A stretch of DNA of 64,000 nt from the NCBI GenBank assembly GCA_050261115.1, contig JBLNCY010000010.1, forward strand, positions 1 to 64,000, in the 5' to 3' direction. Below are positions 9,026 through 19,879 of this stretch, piece after piece (position 1 is the first letter of the stretch; every line of letters starts with the position of its first letter). Position numbers and translations under genes: made by a program. Source of the stretch: Methanocella sp. (GTDB lineage: Archaea; Thermoproteota; Bathyarchaeia; Bathyarchaeales; Bathycorpusculaceae). Below the pieces are notes generated by a model. The model ran no database searches. It was not told the DNA's origin and saw only the letters and a list, made by a program, of their open reading frames with translations.

Positions 9026-10492
9026 TTGGCGTCCCCATATTTTTCGTCTTTTACCTATAGGATTACCCCCGAGGTTCCACCCAGCTACTATGGAAAACTA
9101 TTCGACTTCATATACACCGAGTACTTGGTTCCCCAAAAGCAGCGCTTCACCGACATAGTCCGGGAAACCAGCACAACAGGTGAAAAATTAACCTACATAG
9201 TTATCGATTCACAGGGCAATCGCCTAATTCAGGTAGAAGTTAAAAGCGGCACTCCTTTTGAACTGAAAATCGACCCCATCAGTTCCGTGGCATCCCACAC
9301 AGCTGTCGAGGAAGCCAAACAAGACATCCTGATCGCGATGCAAATCTTCACCCAAAACAGCCGAAACGCAACCGTATATTTCGCCTGGCGGGTTGGCGAA
9401 GAAGTGGTGCCTGAAGCCTACACTAAACCGGAAAAATCCTTCAACCGCCTGTTTCTGGAAACCCAGATCCTGTTTTTCGTTGTTTTCATAGTGTTTGGTA
9501 TGCTTATTTTTATCACGATTTCTGCTACTATGCCGGATGTATTCTGGGTTGCCCCCCTGATACTTATCGGTATACAGTTCGTCTTTGTTTTCTACTCTAC
9601 CCGCTTCATCGCCCGAACCGCCGACTGGCACATCACCAAAGAAAACCCCATCATACACCTACTTGAGTACTATTTGCCCATAAGCGCAAAAAATAACTTC
9701 AAAAAAAGCTACCCCCGAGAGACACTCCTCGCCATAAAAAAAGAAATCTATGACGAGATCATCGCCAAAAAAGGCGAAGTCGACATCGAATCCGCACAGA
9801 AGGTCTTCCTCAAGCATGGGGTACCCTGCGAACTGCAGAACCTAAAGGCCAAAACAGTCAACGTCTACTCAATAGTCAAAGACGTAGTAGAGCGCTTCCA
9901 TCTCCCGATGCCCACCGTAGTCGTATCCAACACTATGGTGCCCAACGCTGCAGCCTCAGGTCCAAGCCCAAAACGAGGATTAGTCCTCATCACCACAGGC
10001 ATCCTAGTCCAACTCGAAGAGAACGAACTGCGCAGCGTATTGGGGCACGAGTTTGGACACCTACGCGGCCGCGACCCCCTGATCCTTTATGGCTTGGTTT
10101 CTGCAGAATTCCTCTTCCGATTCTACGTCCTCTTTCCACTGTTCCCCCTCATCTTCTCCTCATTCCTATTCTTCGCCTACTTCTGGGCTGTCATGGTAGT
10201 CATCTTTTTCATAGCAAAATTCTTTGAAGCCCGCGCCGACCTGGTGTCAGCGATGGTCATGGGCAACCCCAGAGTGCTGGCTGGATCGCTTGAGAAGATC
10301 GGTTTCCAGCGGCTTCTCTATGAACGCACGCCATCTTTTCGGGTTCAGGAGTGGCTTGGGCTAGATCCGCATCCGCCGATTTATTTCCGCGTAAACCGCT
10401 TGGAGAATCTCTCGCCGGAGTTCATCCGGTACCCACTGCTGCAATCGATTAAGGATGTTACACGCGGCTTCATAGCCACACTAAAAACATAA
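9026..10492 (+). CDS. M48 (HtpX-like) membrane metalloprotease with long N-terminal extension
   Basis: PNAAASG, VLGHEFGH, EARAD and HPP motifs; transmembrane helices. Confidence 0.88.
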   Translation: MASPYFSSFTYRITPEVPPSYYGKLFDFIYTEYLVPQKQRFTDIVRETSTTGEKLTYIVIDSQGNRLIQVEVKSGTPFELKIDPISSVASHTAVEEAKQDILIAMQIFTQNSRNATVYFAWRVGEEVVPEAYTKPEKSFNRLFLETQILFFVVFIVFGMLIFITISATMPDVFWVAPLILIGIQFVFVFYSTRFIARTADWHITKENPIIHLLEYYLPISAKNNFKKSYPRETLLAIKKEIYDEIIAKKGEVDIESAQKVFLKHGVPCELQNLKAKTVNVYSIVKDVVERFHLPMPTVVVSNTMVPNAAASGPSPKRGLVLITTGILVQLEENELRSVLGHEFGHLRGRDPLILYGLVSAEFLFRFYVLFPLFPLIFSSFLFFAYFWAVMVVIFFIAKFFEARADLVSAMVMGNPRVLAGSLEKIGFQRLLYERTPSFRVQEWLGLDPHPPIYFRVNRLENLSPEFIRYPLLQSIKDVTRGFIATLKT

Positions 10493-10582
10493 CCCTCTGA
10501 GGACTCCAACGACCAAGCCTTGGACTTTGCATAATGTTATATACTTGCTGCAATCAACACAGCCTTTCACAGGAGAATACAA

Positions 10583-13198
10583 ATGCAAGAAAAGAAAAGA
10601 GTGATAACTCTGTTTATTGCAGCTCTAATGATTATTTCAATAGCTGCTGCAGTACCTATAGACCTCGTCGCAGCGCATGATCCCGCATGGGAAATCCCGA
10701 CTTTTGCACACATCTATGTAAGCATAGACCCAATTGGCGTTGGCCAAACGACCCACATCTACCTCTTCTTAACCCCCACTTACGCAGACACGTTAATGAC
10801 AAACAACTACCGATTCCACAACTATAAACTCACCATCACAGCCCCCGACGGCAAAGTAACAACAAAAACTTGGGAAACCATCCAGGACACAACCTCAAAC
10901 CAAGGCTACTCATTCACACCCGACCAAGTCGGCGTCTACAACTTAACCTTTAACTTCCCAGGACAATACGTAAACGATTACCCACACCTCCCTAACTCAG
11001 CCTACGAAAACGACTACTACCTACCGAGCAATGCCTCAACAACCCTCACTGTACAGGAAACCCCCGTCCAATATAGAACACTCACTGAGCTTCCAACTGA
11101 ATACTGGAGTCGCCCAGTCTATGGCGAAAACACTCTATGGTACACAATCGCATCCAACTGGCTAGGCAGCGGCGCACCTGGATATGGTGCAATGTTAGGA
11201 CCAAACCAGCGGACATTCGTTGACAGCGCCGTCGGTTCACAAACAAGCCACGTTATGTGGACAAAAGAAGTTCAACCGGGCGGTGTAGTTGGCGACGACA
11301 ACTTTGAGGTTCAAGCAAACACCTACTTCGAAGGAACAGCATACGCGCAGAGATTCACTAACCCCATAATCGTTTACGGACGCATCTACTACAAGGAACC
11401 CTTATCCTTTAACGCAAACGGCGGCGACACAGTCTGTGTAGACTTACGCACGGGCGAAGAAGTCTGGCGTAGAAGTGACGTGCCAGCACTGTCATTTGCA
11501 TTCATCTACGATCTGGGAACCCCCAACTACCGCGGCGTCCACCCAGCTATACTATTCACAAGCAACTTTGCACGCGCCTTTGATGCAGACACAGGAGAAC
11601 CGCTTTTCAACGTAACTGGCGTACCATCGGGACAAACAGTATTCGGCCCACTTGGAGAGCATATCCGCTACACATTCTATAACAAAGGCACACCCTCCAA
11701 CCCTGATTGGTATCTCTGCTCGTGGAATTCAAGCAGAATGTGGGGTGGTTCAAGCACTACATGGGTACCCCAGACAACCACTGTCAACGGCGTAACTGCC
11801 GTCCAAGCCAGCCAAGGCAGATTCTACGACAACCTAACCCAAACCGCCGACCAAAACGTTTCAATACCCTGGCGAAACTCGATGCCCGCATCGGGCTCAA
11901 ATGCTCCGACCATGGTTCAAGCATTCTACAACGACATTCTGCTCTGCAGAAACGGCTCCTACCCAGCGTTAGGTGACAGTGGCGCGCCATACACATACTT
12001 TGCAGTGAACCTCAATGCGTCCAAAGGCCCTATCGGCCAGATACTTTGGATGAAAACTATTGATCGACCAGAAGGCGGAATAACCTCCATATCATACGCA
12101 GGCGCGGATGCTAAGGCAGGCTACTTCTGTGAATCCTACCGGCAGACTCAACAATTCGTTGGCTTCAACCTCCGAACAGGCGAAAAACTCTGGATAAGCG
12201 ACCCACAACCTGACCTTGACTTTTACGGTAGTACAGGTCCAGGAACTCTATCCAACGTTGTCGCCTACGGACGCATATACAGCAGCGCATATGCAGGCGT
12301 ACTCCACTGCTATGATATGGCTACAGGCAAACTGCTCTGGACATACGGCAACGGCGGCCCAGGCAACTCAACGGCCAGCGGATTTGAAGTTCCAGGTCCC
12401 TACCCGACATTCATAGACGCAATCGGCAACGGCATAATCTACACTGTCACCTCAGAACACACCTTCCAAACACCCATCTACAAAGGTGCACTCGCCCGCG
12501 CAATTAACGCCACCGACGGCACCGAACTCTGGACAATTTCAGCAGCAACCGGTCAATTCGCCGCAATAAGCTATGCTATCGCAGACGGCTACTCAGTATT
12601 CTTCAACAGCTATGACCAGCAAATCTACAGTTTAGGCCGAGGACCAAGTAAAACAACAGTCGAAGCTGGACCCAAAACCACAGTCTTTGGAAACACAGTA
12701 GTCATCGAAGGAACCGTTACAGACATTTCAGCCGGTACAAAGCAAAATGAACAAGCGGCGCGCTTCCCACACGGCGTCCCCGTAGCTTCAGATGATGTTA
12801 TGGGCAGTTGGATGGGATATGTATACCAGCAACAGCCAAAACCAATCAACTTTACAGGCGTAGATGTAACCATAAACGTCTTGGACGCTAACGGAAACTA
12901 TCGCACAATTGGCACAGCAACCACCGACGCAAGTAGCTACTATAGCTTCGTATGGACCCCCGATATTCCAGGCAAATACCAAGTCACCGCAATCTTTGAA
13001 GGCACAAAAGGCTACTGGCCGTCACACCAAGAAACCAGCTTCAACATACAAGACCTGCCAGCAACACCATCTCCACAGCCAACAACAGCGCCATCGATGT
13101 CTGAGCTATACTTCATCCCAGCAATCGCAGGTATAATCATTGCAATGGTCATAGGCTTTGTAGTCTTGGCTTTACTGCTGCTAAAAAAACACCCTTAA
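10583..13198 (+). CDS. Secreted PQQ-like beta-propeller surface protein with C-terminal membrane anchor
   Basis: Signal peptide; repeated D/N-x-x-TG-x-x-x-W blades; Ig-like C-terminal domain; P/T-rich linker; TM helix followed by KK. Confidence 0.85.
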   Translation: MQEKKRVITLFIAALMIISIAAAVPIDLVAAHDPAWEIPTFAHIYVSIDPIGVGQTTHIYLFLTPTYADTLMTNNYRFHNYKLTITAPDGKVTTKTWETIQDTTSNQGYSFTPDQVGVYNLTFNFPGQYVNDYPHLPNSAYENDYYLPSNASTTLTVQETPVQYRTLTELPTEYWSRPVYGENTLWYTIASNWLGSGAPGYGAMLGPNQRTFVDSAVGSQTSHVMWTKEVQPGGVVGDDNFEVQANTYFEGTAYAQRFTNPIIVYGRIYYKEPLSFNANGGDTVCVDLRTGEEVWRRSDVPALSFAFIYDLGTPNYRGVHPAILFTSNFARAFDADTGEPLFNVTGVPSGQTVFGPLGEHIRYTFYNKGTPSNPDWYLCSWNSSRMWGGSSTTWVPQTTTVNGVTAVQASQGRFYDNLTQTADQNVSIPWRNSMPASGSNAPTMVQAFYNDILLCRNGSYPALGDSGAPYTYFAVNLNASKGPIGQILWMKTIDRPEGGITSISYAGADAKAGYFCESYRQTQQFVGFNLRTGEKLWISDPQPDLDFYGSTGPGTLSNVVAYGRIYSSAYAGVLHCYDMATGKLLWTYGNGGPGNSTASGFEVPGPYPTFIDAIGNGIIYTVTSEHTFQTPIYKGALARAINATDGTELWTISAATGQFAAISYAIADGYSVFFNSYDQQIYSLGRGPSKTTVEAGPKTTVFGNTVVIEGTVTDISAGTKQNEQAARFPHGVPVASDDVMGSWMGYVYQQQPKPINFTGVDVTINVLDANGNYRTIGTATTDASSYYSFVWTPDIPGKYQVTAIFEGTKGYWPSHQETSFNIQDLPATPSPQPTTAPSMSELYFIPAIAGIIIAMVIGFVVLALLLLKKHP

Positions 13199-13205
13199 GA
13201 TAAAT

Positions 13206-13237
13206 GGGAAACATTCCCTCTTCTTTATCTTTTTTTG
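13206..13237 (+). terminator. Hairpin plus T-tract terminator
   Basis: GGGAA-ACA-TTCCC followed by TCTTCTTTATCTTTTTTT just after the stop. Confidence 0.55.
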
Positions 13238-13443
13238 AAAACTATTCCTCAATGCTGTAACTGCGCTAACGCACAGAAGCGAAGCAATCCTTTTTCTAAA
13301 GATGACAAACAAGGGATACGCTAACCCATTACTACTCTAAAACCAAACCGATCGTTCGCCTTGGCTTAGATAATGCTTTAATCCGTCGAATCAATAACCC
13401 TCTTCACAACACAATAAACTTCGGCGACTATAGAGGCATCTTC

Positions 13444-16248
13444 ATGGTTGAAAAATCGTTCCCAGCAGAAGCTTACCAACTGCCATTCTTTAAGCAGGAA
13501 GGCTTCACGCGCAAGCGTTGCCAGAAATGCGGCGAATACTTTTGGACGCAAAACCAAACGCAGGAAACCTGTAACGAATCCGGCTCCGACGAATGCGGAT
13601 GCTACACTTTCCTTGGCAACCCTCCGACAAAAAAGAAGTATACTTTGCCAGAGATGCGAGAGGCATTCTTGTCCTTCTTTGAACAGAACGGGCATACACG
13701 CATAAAACCCTACCCAGTCGTGGCAAGATGGCGCAAAGACATCTACCTTACCCACGCATCCATCATCGACTTCCAGCCCTACGTTACTGAGGGTATCGCG
13801 CCACCACCCGCCAACCCACTTGTCATAAGCCAACCCTCCATTAGACTAACTGACATAGCCAACACTGGCCCAACTTTTGGGCGTCACCTAACCATATTTG
13901 AGATGGGCGGCGCCCACGCATTCAACTACCCTGATAAGGAAATCTACTGGAAAGACGACACCGTACGGTTCCACCAACGCTTCTGCACCGAAGTGCTGGG
14001 CATCCCTGGAGATGCAGTCACCTATAAGGAAAGCGTTTGGGCTGGCGGAGGAAATGCCGGTCCGGCCGTGGAATGCATCGTCGGTGGCTTAGAGGTGGGC
14101 ACGTTGGTTTTCATGCAGTACAAGGTTGTGGGTGAGGAATTCATAGAGTTGCCCATTCGTACGGTCGACACCGGCTATGGCATCGACCGCTTCACCTGGA
14201 TAAGCCAAGGTGTGCCGAGCCTGTTCCAAGCAATCTACGGAGACTTAATGGATAAAGTCTTGTCTATGGCGGGCCTAACAGACATCGACAACGACTTCCT
14301 TAGCCGAGTAGCCCGATACTCAGGCCTAGTAAGTGTCGATAAACGCGCAAACCGCATGGTAGCCCGCAAACGCGTCTCCCAATTGACGGGCATCGACCTT
14401 GACATCCTCGAAAAGACACTGGTCCCAATAGAGAACGCATGGGCCGTCGCAGACCACACCAAAACCCTAAGCTTTATGCTCTCAGAGGGAGTTGTGCCCT
14501 CCAACATCCAAGAAGGCTACCTCGCAAGACTACTCTTCAGACGCGTCTACCGCCTCATGCGCACACTCAACATGCGACCCGACGATCTCTACACAATCAT
14601 CGACTTACAAGCCAACTACTGGCAAAAAGACTTCCCACACATAAAAGAGATGCAAAACGAAATCATCGAAATGCTCAAAGTCGAAGAAGAAAAATTCAAA
14701 GACACCCTCCAACGCGGCGAAAGCCTGGTAAAACGCATATCCGCTGATCTCAAAGCGAAAGGCTCAGGCAAGCTCTCACAAGACACCCTGGCTGAACTTT
14801 ACGACTCACACGGCTTACCTCCCGAAATCGTTAAGCAAGCCGCAGAAAAGGAAGGCGTCGAGGTCGAGGTACCTGAGAACTTTTACGCTTTAGTTGCGGG
14901 CCGTCATATGGCAGCGCAGAAACCCGTCGAGGAGGAAGAGGTCAAAGTAGAGAAAGCACTCGAAGTTGAAGCTGAGAAGCTTCCCGCAACTGAGCCCCTC
15001 TATTACGCTGATGTGTATAGGCGTGAGTTTGACGCTAAAGTGCAGAAAGTCATAGGCGACTCTTATGTGGTTTTGGATGGAACATGCTTCTACCCTGAAG
15101 GCGGCGGTCAACCCAACGATTTAGGCTGGCTAATAAGCGGCAACGACCGCTATGAGGTGGTGGCGGTGCACAAAATCGGCAAGGTTATCGTACATACACT
15201 CAAAACCCCCGCCAAATTCCAAGAAGGAAGCACTGTTCATGGCGTTATTGACTGGGAGCGACGCTACTCACTCATGAAAGCTCACACCGTAACCCACCTT
15301 ATCAACGGAGCAGCCCGCCGCGTCCTAGGTGAACACGTTTGGCAATCGGGTACACAAAAAGGCCTAGAAACCTCGCGACTCGACATCACACACTACCGCA
15401 GACTAACCCAAGACGAAATTTTCCAAATAGAAACCCTCGCAAACCAAGCCATCCAAGCAGACCTTAAAATCGAAACCACTTGGTACCCACGCAACGAAGC
15501 AGAAAGCCGCTATGGCTTCCGGCTCTATCAGGGCGGTGCCGTTCCCGGCAAAGACATTCGCGTCGTCAAAACTGGCGATTGGGATGTTGAGGCATGTGCA
15601 GGAACCCACCTCGGCAGCACCCGCGAAGTAGGCTTTGTAAAAATCGTCTACACTGAACGCGTGCAAGACGGCGTTGAACGTCTCGGCTACGCTGTAGGCC
15701 CAAAAGCGCTCAAGGCAGTGCAGGACCAAGAGGCGCTACTTAGCAGGGTATCGGGGGTTCTTAATGCGCCAGTTGACAAGTTGGATAAGACCGTTGAGAA
15801 ATTCATGCGGGACTACAAGGAACTGCAATCCGAAAAACGGCGCTTAATTAAGGAACTCGCCGAGAAGGAAAGCGCAGCCATAACCCAAACCGCAGCCGCA
15901 GAAACGCAATTTGAGGGCGTCACCATCGTAAAACGCGACTTCGGCGACAGCATCGATGTTAACCGTATGGTTCAAACAGCCACAGAGGTCATTAAACACA
16001 ACGACACAGCAGTAACCCTCTATTTTGGCGCTGATGGCAAAACCTGCCGACTTATGGTCATGGCAGGCGAAGGAGCCACCAAAAAAGGCGTCAACGCTGG
16101 AGCCATCGTCAAAGAGGTCGCTCCCATTATGGGTGGCGGTGGAGGCGGAAGACCCAACTTTGCTCAAGGCGGCGGAACTAAGTGCGAAAAACTCGCCGAA
16201 ACCGTTGCTGCAGCAGAATCAGCGGTCAAGAAACAGCTTAAACCTTAA
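13444..16248 (+). CDS. alaS: Alanine--tRNA ligase, archaeal type
   Basis: N-terminal CxxC ribbon; VVARWR; ASIIDFQP; VDTGYG; editing HTVTH and CAGTH; GGGGGRPNFAQGGG. Confidence 0.98.
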   Translation: MVEKSFPAEAYQLPFFKQEGFTRKRCQKCGEYFWTQNQTQETCNESGSDECGCYTFLGNPPTKKKYTLPEMREAFLSFFEQNGHTRIKPYPVVARWRKDIYLTHASIIDFQPYVTEGIAPPPANPLVISQPSIRLTDIANTGPTFGRHLTIFEMGGAHAFNYPDKEIYWKDDTVRFHQRFCTEVLGIPGDAVTYKESVWAGGGNAGPAVECIVGGLEVGTLVFMQYKVVGEEFIELPIRTVDTGYGIDRFTWISQGVPSLFQAIYGDLMDKVLSMAGLTDIDNDFLSRVARYSGLVSVDKRANRMVARKRVSQLTGIDLDILEKTLVPIENAWAVADHTKTLSFMLSEGVVPSNIQEGYLARLLFRRVYRLMRTLNMRPDDLYTIIDLQANYWQKDFPHIKEMQNEIIEMLKVEEEKFKDTLQRGESLVKRISADLKAKGSGKLSQDTLAELYDSHGLPPEIVKQAAEKEGVEVEVPENFYALVAGRHMAAQKPVEEEEVKVEKALEVEAEKLPATEPLYYADVYRREFDAKVQKVIGDSYVVLDGTCFYPEGGGQPNDLGWLISGNDRYEVVAVHKIGKVIVHTLKTPAKFQEGSTVHGVIDWERRYSLMKAHTVTHLINGAARRVLGEHVWQSGTQKGLETSRLDITHYRRLTQDEIFQIETLANQAIQADLKIETTWYPRNEAESRYGFRLYQGGAVPGKDIRVVKTGDWDVEACAGTHLGSTREVGFVKIVYTERVQDGVERLGYAVGPKALKAVQDQEALLSRVSGVLNAPVDKLDKTVEKFMRDYKELQSEKRRLIKELAEKESAAITQTAAAETQFEGVTIVKRDFGDSIDVNRMVQTATEVIKHNDTAVTLYFGADGKTCRLMVMAGEGATKKGVNAGAIVKEVAPIMGGGGGGRPNFAQGGGTKCEKLAETVAAAESAVKKQLKP

Positions 16249-16305
16249 TTTTTCTTTTTTGTTTAGGGTTGATTTTTATATCTGCATTAGCTTGGTGTAC
16301 GGGCG

Positions 16306-16635
16306 ATGGCGATGGATCCGTTTAAGAAAGTTTTCTTTGTTGCTTTGGCTGTTTCGCTTGTTGCAATGGGGTTTGTTGCGTATATTGCGGCAGATGCGCT
16401 GGCGTTTGGACGGATTCCGGATTCTGAGTCAGGGGTTGTGGAGGCTAAGGGACCTGTTATGGACAAGCAGGGCGCGAGCTATTTTGTTTCTTTGGATACT
16501 GGTAAGACGCTCTATATTGAGAGTAACAGTACATTGTATGAAGAGTTGGCGGTAGGTTCTTCTTACAGTTTTACGTGTCGTATAGTGTTTTTGGCTGATA
16601 TTATTGTGATTGATAGCGCTGAATTGCAGCCATGA
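16306..16635 (+). CDS. Membrane-anchored hypothetical protein (OB-fold-like)
   Basis: N-terminal TM helix and beta-rich remainder. Confidence 0.6.
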   Translation: MAMDPFKKVFFVALAVSLVAMGFVAYIAADALAFGRIPDSESGVVEAKGPVMDKQGASYFVSLDTGKTLYIESNSTLYEELAVGSSYSFTCRIVFLADIIVIDSAELQP

Positions 16636-16737
16636 TGGGTCGGCGGTTGCTGCTTGCTTTTTAGTGCTGGTTGGTGGGGGTTTATTAGTTTGGGTTTTGT
16701 TGTTTTATGTGTGTTTTCGCGCTGTTTCTGCAAAATC

Positions 16738-16804
16738 CTTATAAGCACCTGAGCACAGGTGTGCTTTAGGTGAAGCGGTGCAGTTTCACCATTTACACTG
16801 GTGA
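16738..16804 (+). promoter_or_regulatory. Promoter and structured leader of the orf-grpE-dnaK operon
   Basis: TATA CTTATAAG 16738-45; dyad CACCTG-N4-CAGGTG 16746-61; SD GGTGA 16800-04 inside a TCACCA/TGGTGA hairpin. Confidence 0.5.
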
Positions 16805-16808
16805 GCAA

Positions 16809-17246
16809 ATGCGTAGAAGTTTAACAGTCACCCCAGAAAACGACAAAAAAATACTCCTAACCAAAGGGCGCTTCCTAAGCGGAGACGAACCCTATGACAT
16901 AGACTACACCACAATGGTCAACATCCTAATCGAACTAGGCCACAAACTAATGTGGCAAGCATGGAACGACAACACCACCAACACAACAGTCACCATAAAC
17001 AAAAGCGACATCGTGGAATCCTTTAAGAAACACTTCTTCAACGCTGAACTAAAAGAAGAAGCAGTCGGGGACCAAGTCGCAGAAATCATCTTCCGAAAAC
17101 TCGTCGAGCAATCCAACCTTGCAATGGCGCCCAACCGCCAACTAGTCAAAAAAGCCCCATCCGATGAGGAGGCAAACGATACAGTGGCGGCTGCAGGTGA
17201 GCCAAGGGCGCCTTCCGACTCAAAACTGAAGACATACGTATCCTAA
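16809..17246 (+). CDS. Hypothetical protein, first gene of the grpE-dnaK operon
   Basis: ATG at 16809 after GGTGA; ends 16 bp before grpE. Confidence 0.7.
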   Translation: MRRSLTVTPENDKKILLTKGRFLSGDEPYDIDYTTMVNILIELGHKLMWQAWNDNTTNTTVTINKSDIVESFKKHFFNAELKEEAVGDQVAEIIFRKLVEQSNLAMAPNRQLVKKAPSDEEANDTVAAAGEPRAPSDSKLKTYVS

Positions 17247-17262
17247 ACAGAGGTTCATAAAA

Positions 17263-17832
17263 ATGGCAACTGAAAATAAAGAACAAAAAAATAAAGAAAC
17301 ATCCCCAGAAACAAAAACTCAACCAGAATGCACGAACCCCGTCAATGAAGACGCCGCCGAGGACTTCCAAAAGCTTCTCGAATCCGAAAAACGGCGCTCC
17401 CAAGACTACCTAACAAGGCTTCAGTATTTACAGGCAGACTACGAGAATATTAAAAAACGCTTTGAGCGAGAAAAAGAGCAAATACGCCTCTTCAGCAGCG
17501 AGCGAATCGTAACAGAGCTTCTTGATGTTGTTGATGAATTAGAGTTAGCCATAAAAGTAGCTAAGGCAGCGGAAAATCCCCAGCAAGCGCTAATCGACGG
17601 CGTTGAAATGACCCTAAAAAAGCTAAGAAAGGTTCTTGAGCAGGAAGGCGTCTGCCTAATAGAAGCTAGTGCAGGAAAACCTTTCGATCCCAGTTGTCAT
17701 GATGCGATCGCCGCTGAATGCCGCGACGACGTGAAAGAATGCACTGTTATTGAAGAAATCCGCAAGGGCTACCTGATGCGGAGAAAAGTATTACGACCAG
17801 CTATTGTTCGGGTAGCTAAACCATCAAAGTAA
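17263..17832 (+). CDS. grpE: Nucleotide exchange factor GrpE
   Basis: [19 protein letters not shown] and [12 protein letters not shown]. Confidence 0.95.
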   Translation: MATENKEQKNKETSPETKTQPECTNPVNEDAAEDFQKLLESEKRRSQDYLTRLQYLQADYENIKKRFEREKEQIRLFSSERIVTELLDVVDELELAIKVAKAAENPQQALIDGVEMTLKKLRKVLEQEGVCLIEASAGKPFDPSCHDAIAAECRDDVKECTVIEEIRKGYLMRRKVLRPAIVRVAKPSK

Positions 17833-17857
17833 CAAAAAAGTTGGAGGAAAAAGAAAA

Positions 17858-19768
17858 TTGAGTACACCAAAAAACAACCAAAAAGTTTTAGGTATTGACT
17901 TAGGTACAACAAATTCAGCCGCAGCCATCTTTGAGGGAGGACATGCAACTGTTATCCCCAGTGCGGAAGGACCCACAATGGCAGGCAAAATGTTTCCATC
18001 CGTTGTGGCCTTCACCAAAGACGGGCAACTCTTAGTCGGCGAACCTGCAAAACGTCAGGCAACCACCAACCCAGAGGGCACAATCTTTGAAATCAAACGC
18101 AAGATGGGCAGCGACTACAAAGCCAACATTTACGGCAAAGAATACACCCCCCAGCAGATCAGCGCTTTCATCTTGCAGAAGATCAAGAAAGACGCTGAAA
18201 CCTACTTGGGCACAACCATAAACCAAGCCGTCATCACAGTACCAGCCCACTTTAACGACAACCAGCGCCAAGCCACCAAAGACGCAGGCGAAATCGCGGG
18301 CTTCCAGGTTATGCGCATCTTAAACGAACCCACCGCAGCCTGCCTCGCTTACGGCATCGACAAGTTAGACCGCGAGATGAAAATTCTGGTCTTTAGTTTC
18401 GGCGGCGGAACTCATGATGTTACCTTAATGGAGTTCGGCAAAGGAGTCTTCGAGGTACTTTCCACCTCAGGCGATACCCAACTAGGCGGAACCGACGTTG
18501 ACAAAGCAATCATGAACTACCTCATTGATGAGTTTAAGCGTCAAACAGGCGTCGACGTCTCATCCGACCGCATGGCCATGTCTCGCCTAAAGGATGCAGC
18601 TGAGAAAGCTAAAATCGAGCTCTCCACACTGATGAGCACCGACATTGACTTACCCTTCTTAACCGCAGACGCCTCAGGACCTAAACACCTACACATAACC
18701 CTAACACGCACAAAACTCGAAGCCCTAGCACAACCCATCATCGAACGCACAAGACCCACCCTGCTAAAAGCACTCGAAGATGCAAAACTGACTCCTCAAC
18801 AAGTCGACAAAGTCATCCTCATCGGCGGCATGACCCGTATGCCTCTTGTTCAACGCTTTGTTGAGCAACTCATGGGCAAAGCCCCAGAACGCGGCATAGA
18901 TCCGATGGAGTCCGTTGCGATTGGAGCCGCGATTCAAGCAGGTGTCGTCACTGGCGAAGTAAAAGACCTCCTGCTATTAGACGTCACACCTTTAAGCTTA
19001 GGCGTTGAGACGCTTGGCGGCGTCATGACTAAAGTCATCGAAAAGAACACCACCATACCCACCAAACGAAGCCAAATCTTCAGTACCGCTCAGGACTTCC
19101 AGAACGCTGTAACTATCCACATCTTGCAGGGTGAACGCGCAATGGCTAGTGACAACGTATCGCTTGGCCAATTCAACCTGATGGATATTCCGCCGGCGCC
19201 CAGAGGTGTTCCGCAAATTGAGGTCACCTTTGACATTGACGCAAACGGCATTCTAAACGTAACCGCTAAAGACCTTGGCACTGGCAAACAGAGCAAAATC
19301 ACCATCACCGCATCAACCAAGCTGTCAGCTGAAGAGAAAGAACGCCTGATCCGCGAAGCTGAACAGTTTGCTGAGCAAGACCGCAAGAAGAAAGAAGAAG
19401 CCGAAACACGCAACACAGCAGACAGCCTCGTATATACCGCTGAACGCACAAAACAAGACCTCGCAGGCAAAATCTCAGCCGAAGACACCGCCAAGATCGA
19501 TGCCGCAGTTACTGAACTCAAGAACGCCTTGGCAGCAAACGACATGGCAACCGTTAAAGCTAAGACAGAAGTACTGCAGAAGGTACTCCAAGAAGTCGGA
19601 ACCAAAGTCTACCAGCAAGCAGCAGCAGAAGCGGCAAAGCAGCAGGCTCAAAGCCAAGCTGGTCCACAGCCGGGCGCAGCCGGAGCTGGACCCCAAACAG
19701 GGCAAGCGCCTGGCGGAAGCGGCGCTGGACCCGAAGTAGTTGATGAAAGCGACTACAAAGTAAAGTAA
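17858..19768 (+). CDS. dnaK: Chaperone DnaK (Hsp70), variant phosphate-2 motif
   Basis: [26 protein letters not shown] and [20 protein letters not shown]. Confidence 0.98.
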   Translation: MSTPKNNQKVLGIDLGTTNSAAAIFEGGHATVIPSAEGPTMAGKMFPSVVAFTKDGQLLVGEPAKRQATTNPEGTIFEIKRKMGSDYKANIYGKEYTPQQISAFILQKIKKDAETYLGTTINQAVITVPAHFNDNQRQATKDAGEIAGFQVMRILNEPTAACLAYGIDKLDREMKILVFSFGGGTHDVTLMEFGKGVFEVLSTSGDTQLGGTDVDKAIMNYLIDEFKRQTGVDVSSDRMAMSRLKDAAEKAKIELSTLMSTDIDLPFLTADASGPKHLHITLTRTKLEALAQPIIERTRPTLLKALEDAKLTPQQVDKVILIGGMTRMPLVQRFVEQLMGKAPERGIDPMESVAIGAAIQAGVVTGEVKDLLLLDVTPLSLGVETLGGVMTKVIEKNTTIPTKRSQIFSTAQDFQNAVTIHILQGERAMASDNVSLGQFNLMDIPPAPRGVPQIEVTFDIDANGILNVTAKDLGTGKQSKITITASTKLSAEEKERLIREAEQFAEQDRKKKEEAETRNTADSLVYTAERTKQDLAGKISAEDTAKIDAAVTELKNALAANDMATVKAKTEVLQKVLQEVGTKVYQQAAAEAAKQQAQSQAGPQPGAAGAGPQTGQAPGGSGAGPEVVDESDYKVK

Positions 19769-19780
19769 CTCCTCAATCTG

Positions 19781-19806
19781 GTGCCCCTTTTGGGCACTTC
19801 TTTTTT
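19781..19806 (+). terminator. Hairpin plus T-tract terminator after dnaK
   Basis: GTGCCC-CTTTT-GGGCAC followed by TTCTTTTTT. Confidence 0.7.
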
Positions 19807-19879
19807 GTAAAACAGACCTTAGCCGATTTTTTCATCAGACGATAGCGGTGTGGCTATTTTGTAGGGCTTGTGGTTGCTG

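Noticed and set aside
13378-19739. Many short ORFs overlapping alaS, grpE and dnaK (and similarly other long genes)
   Set aside because: Antisense or alternate-frame shadows of well-supported genes.
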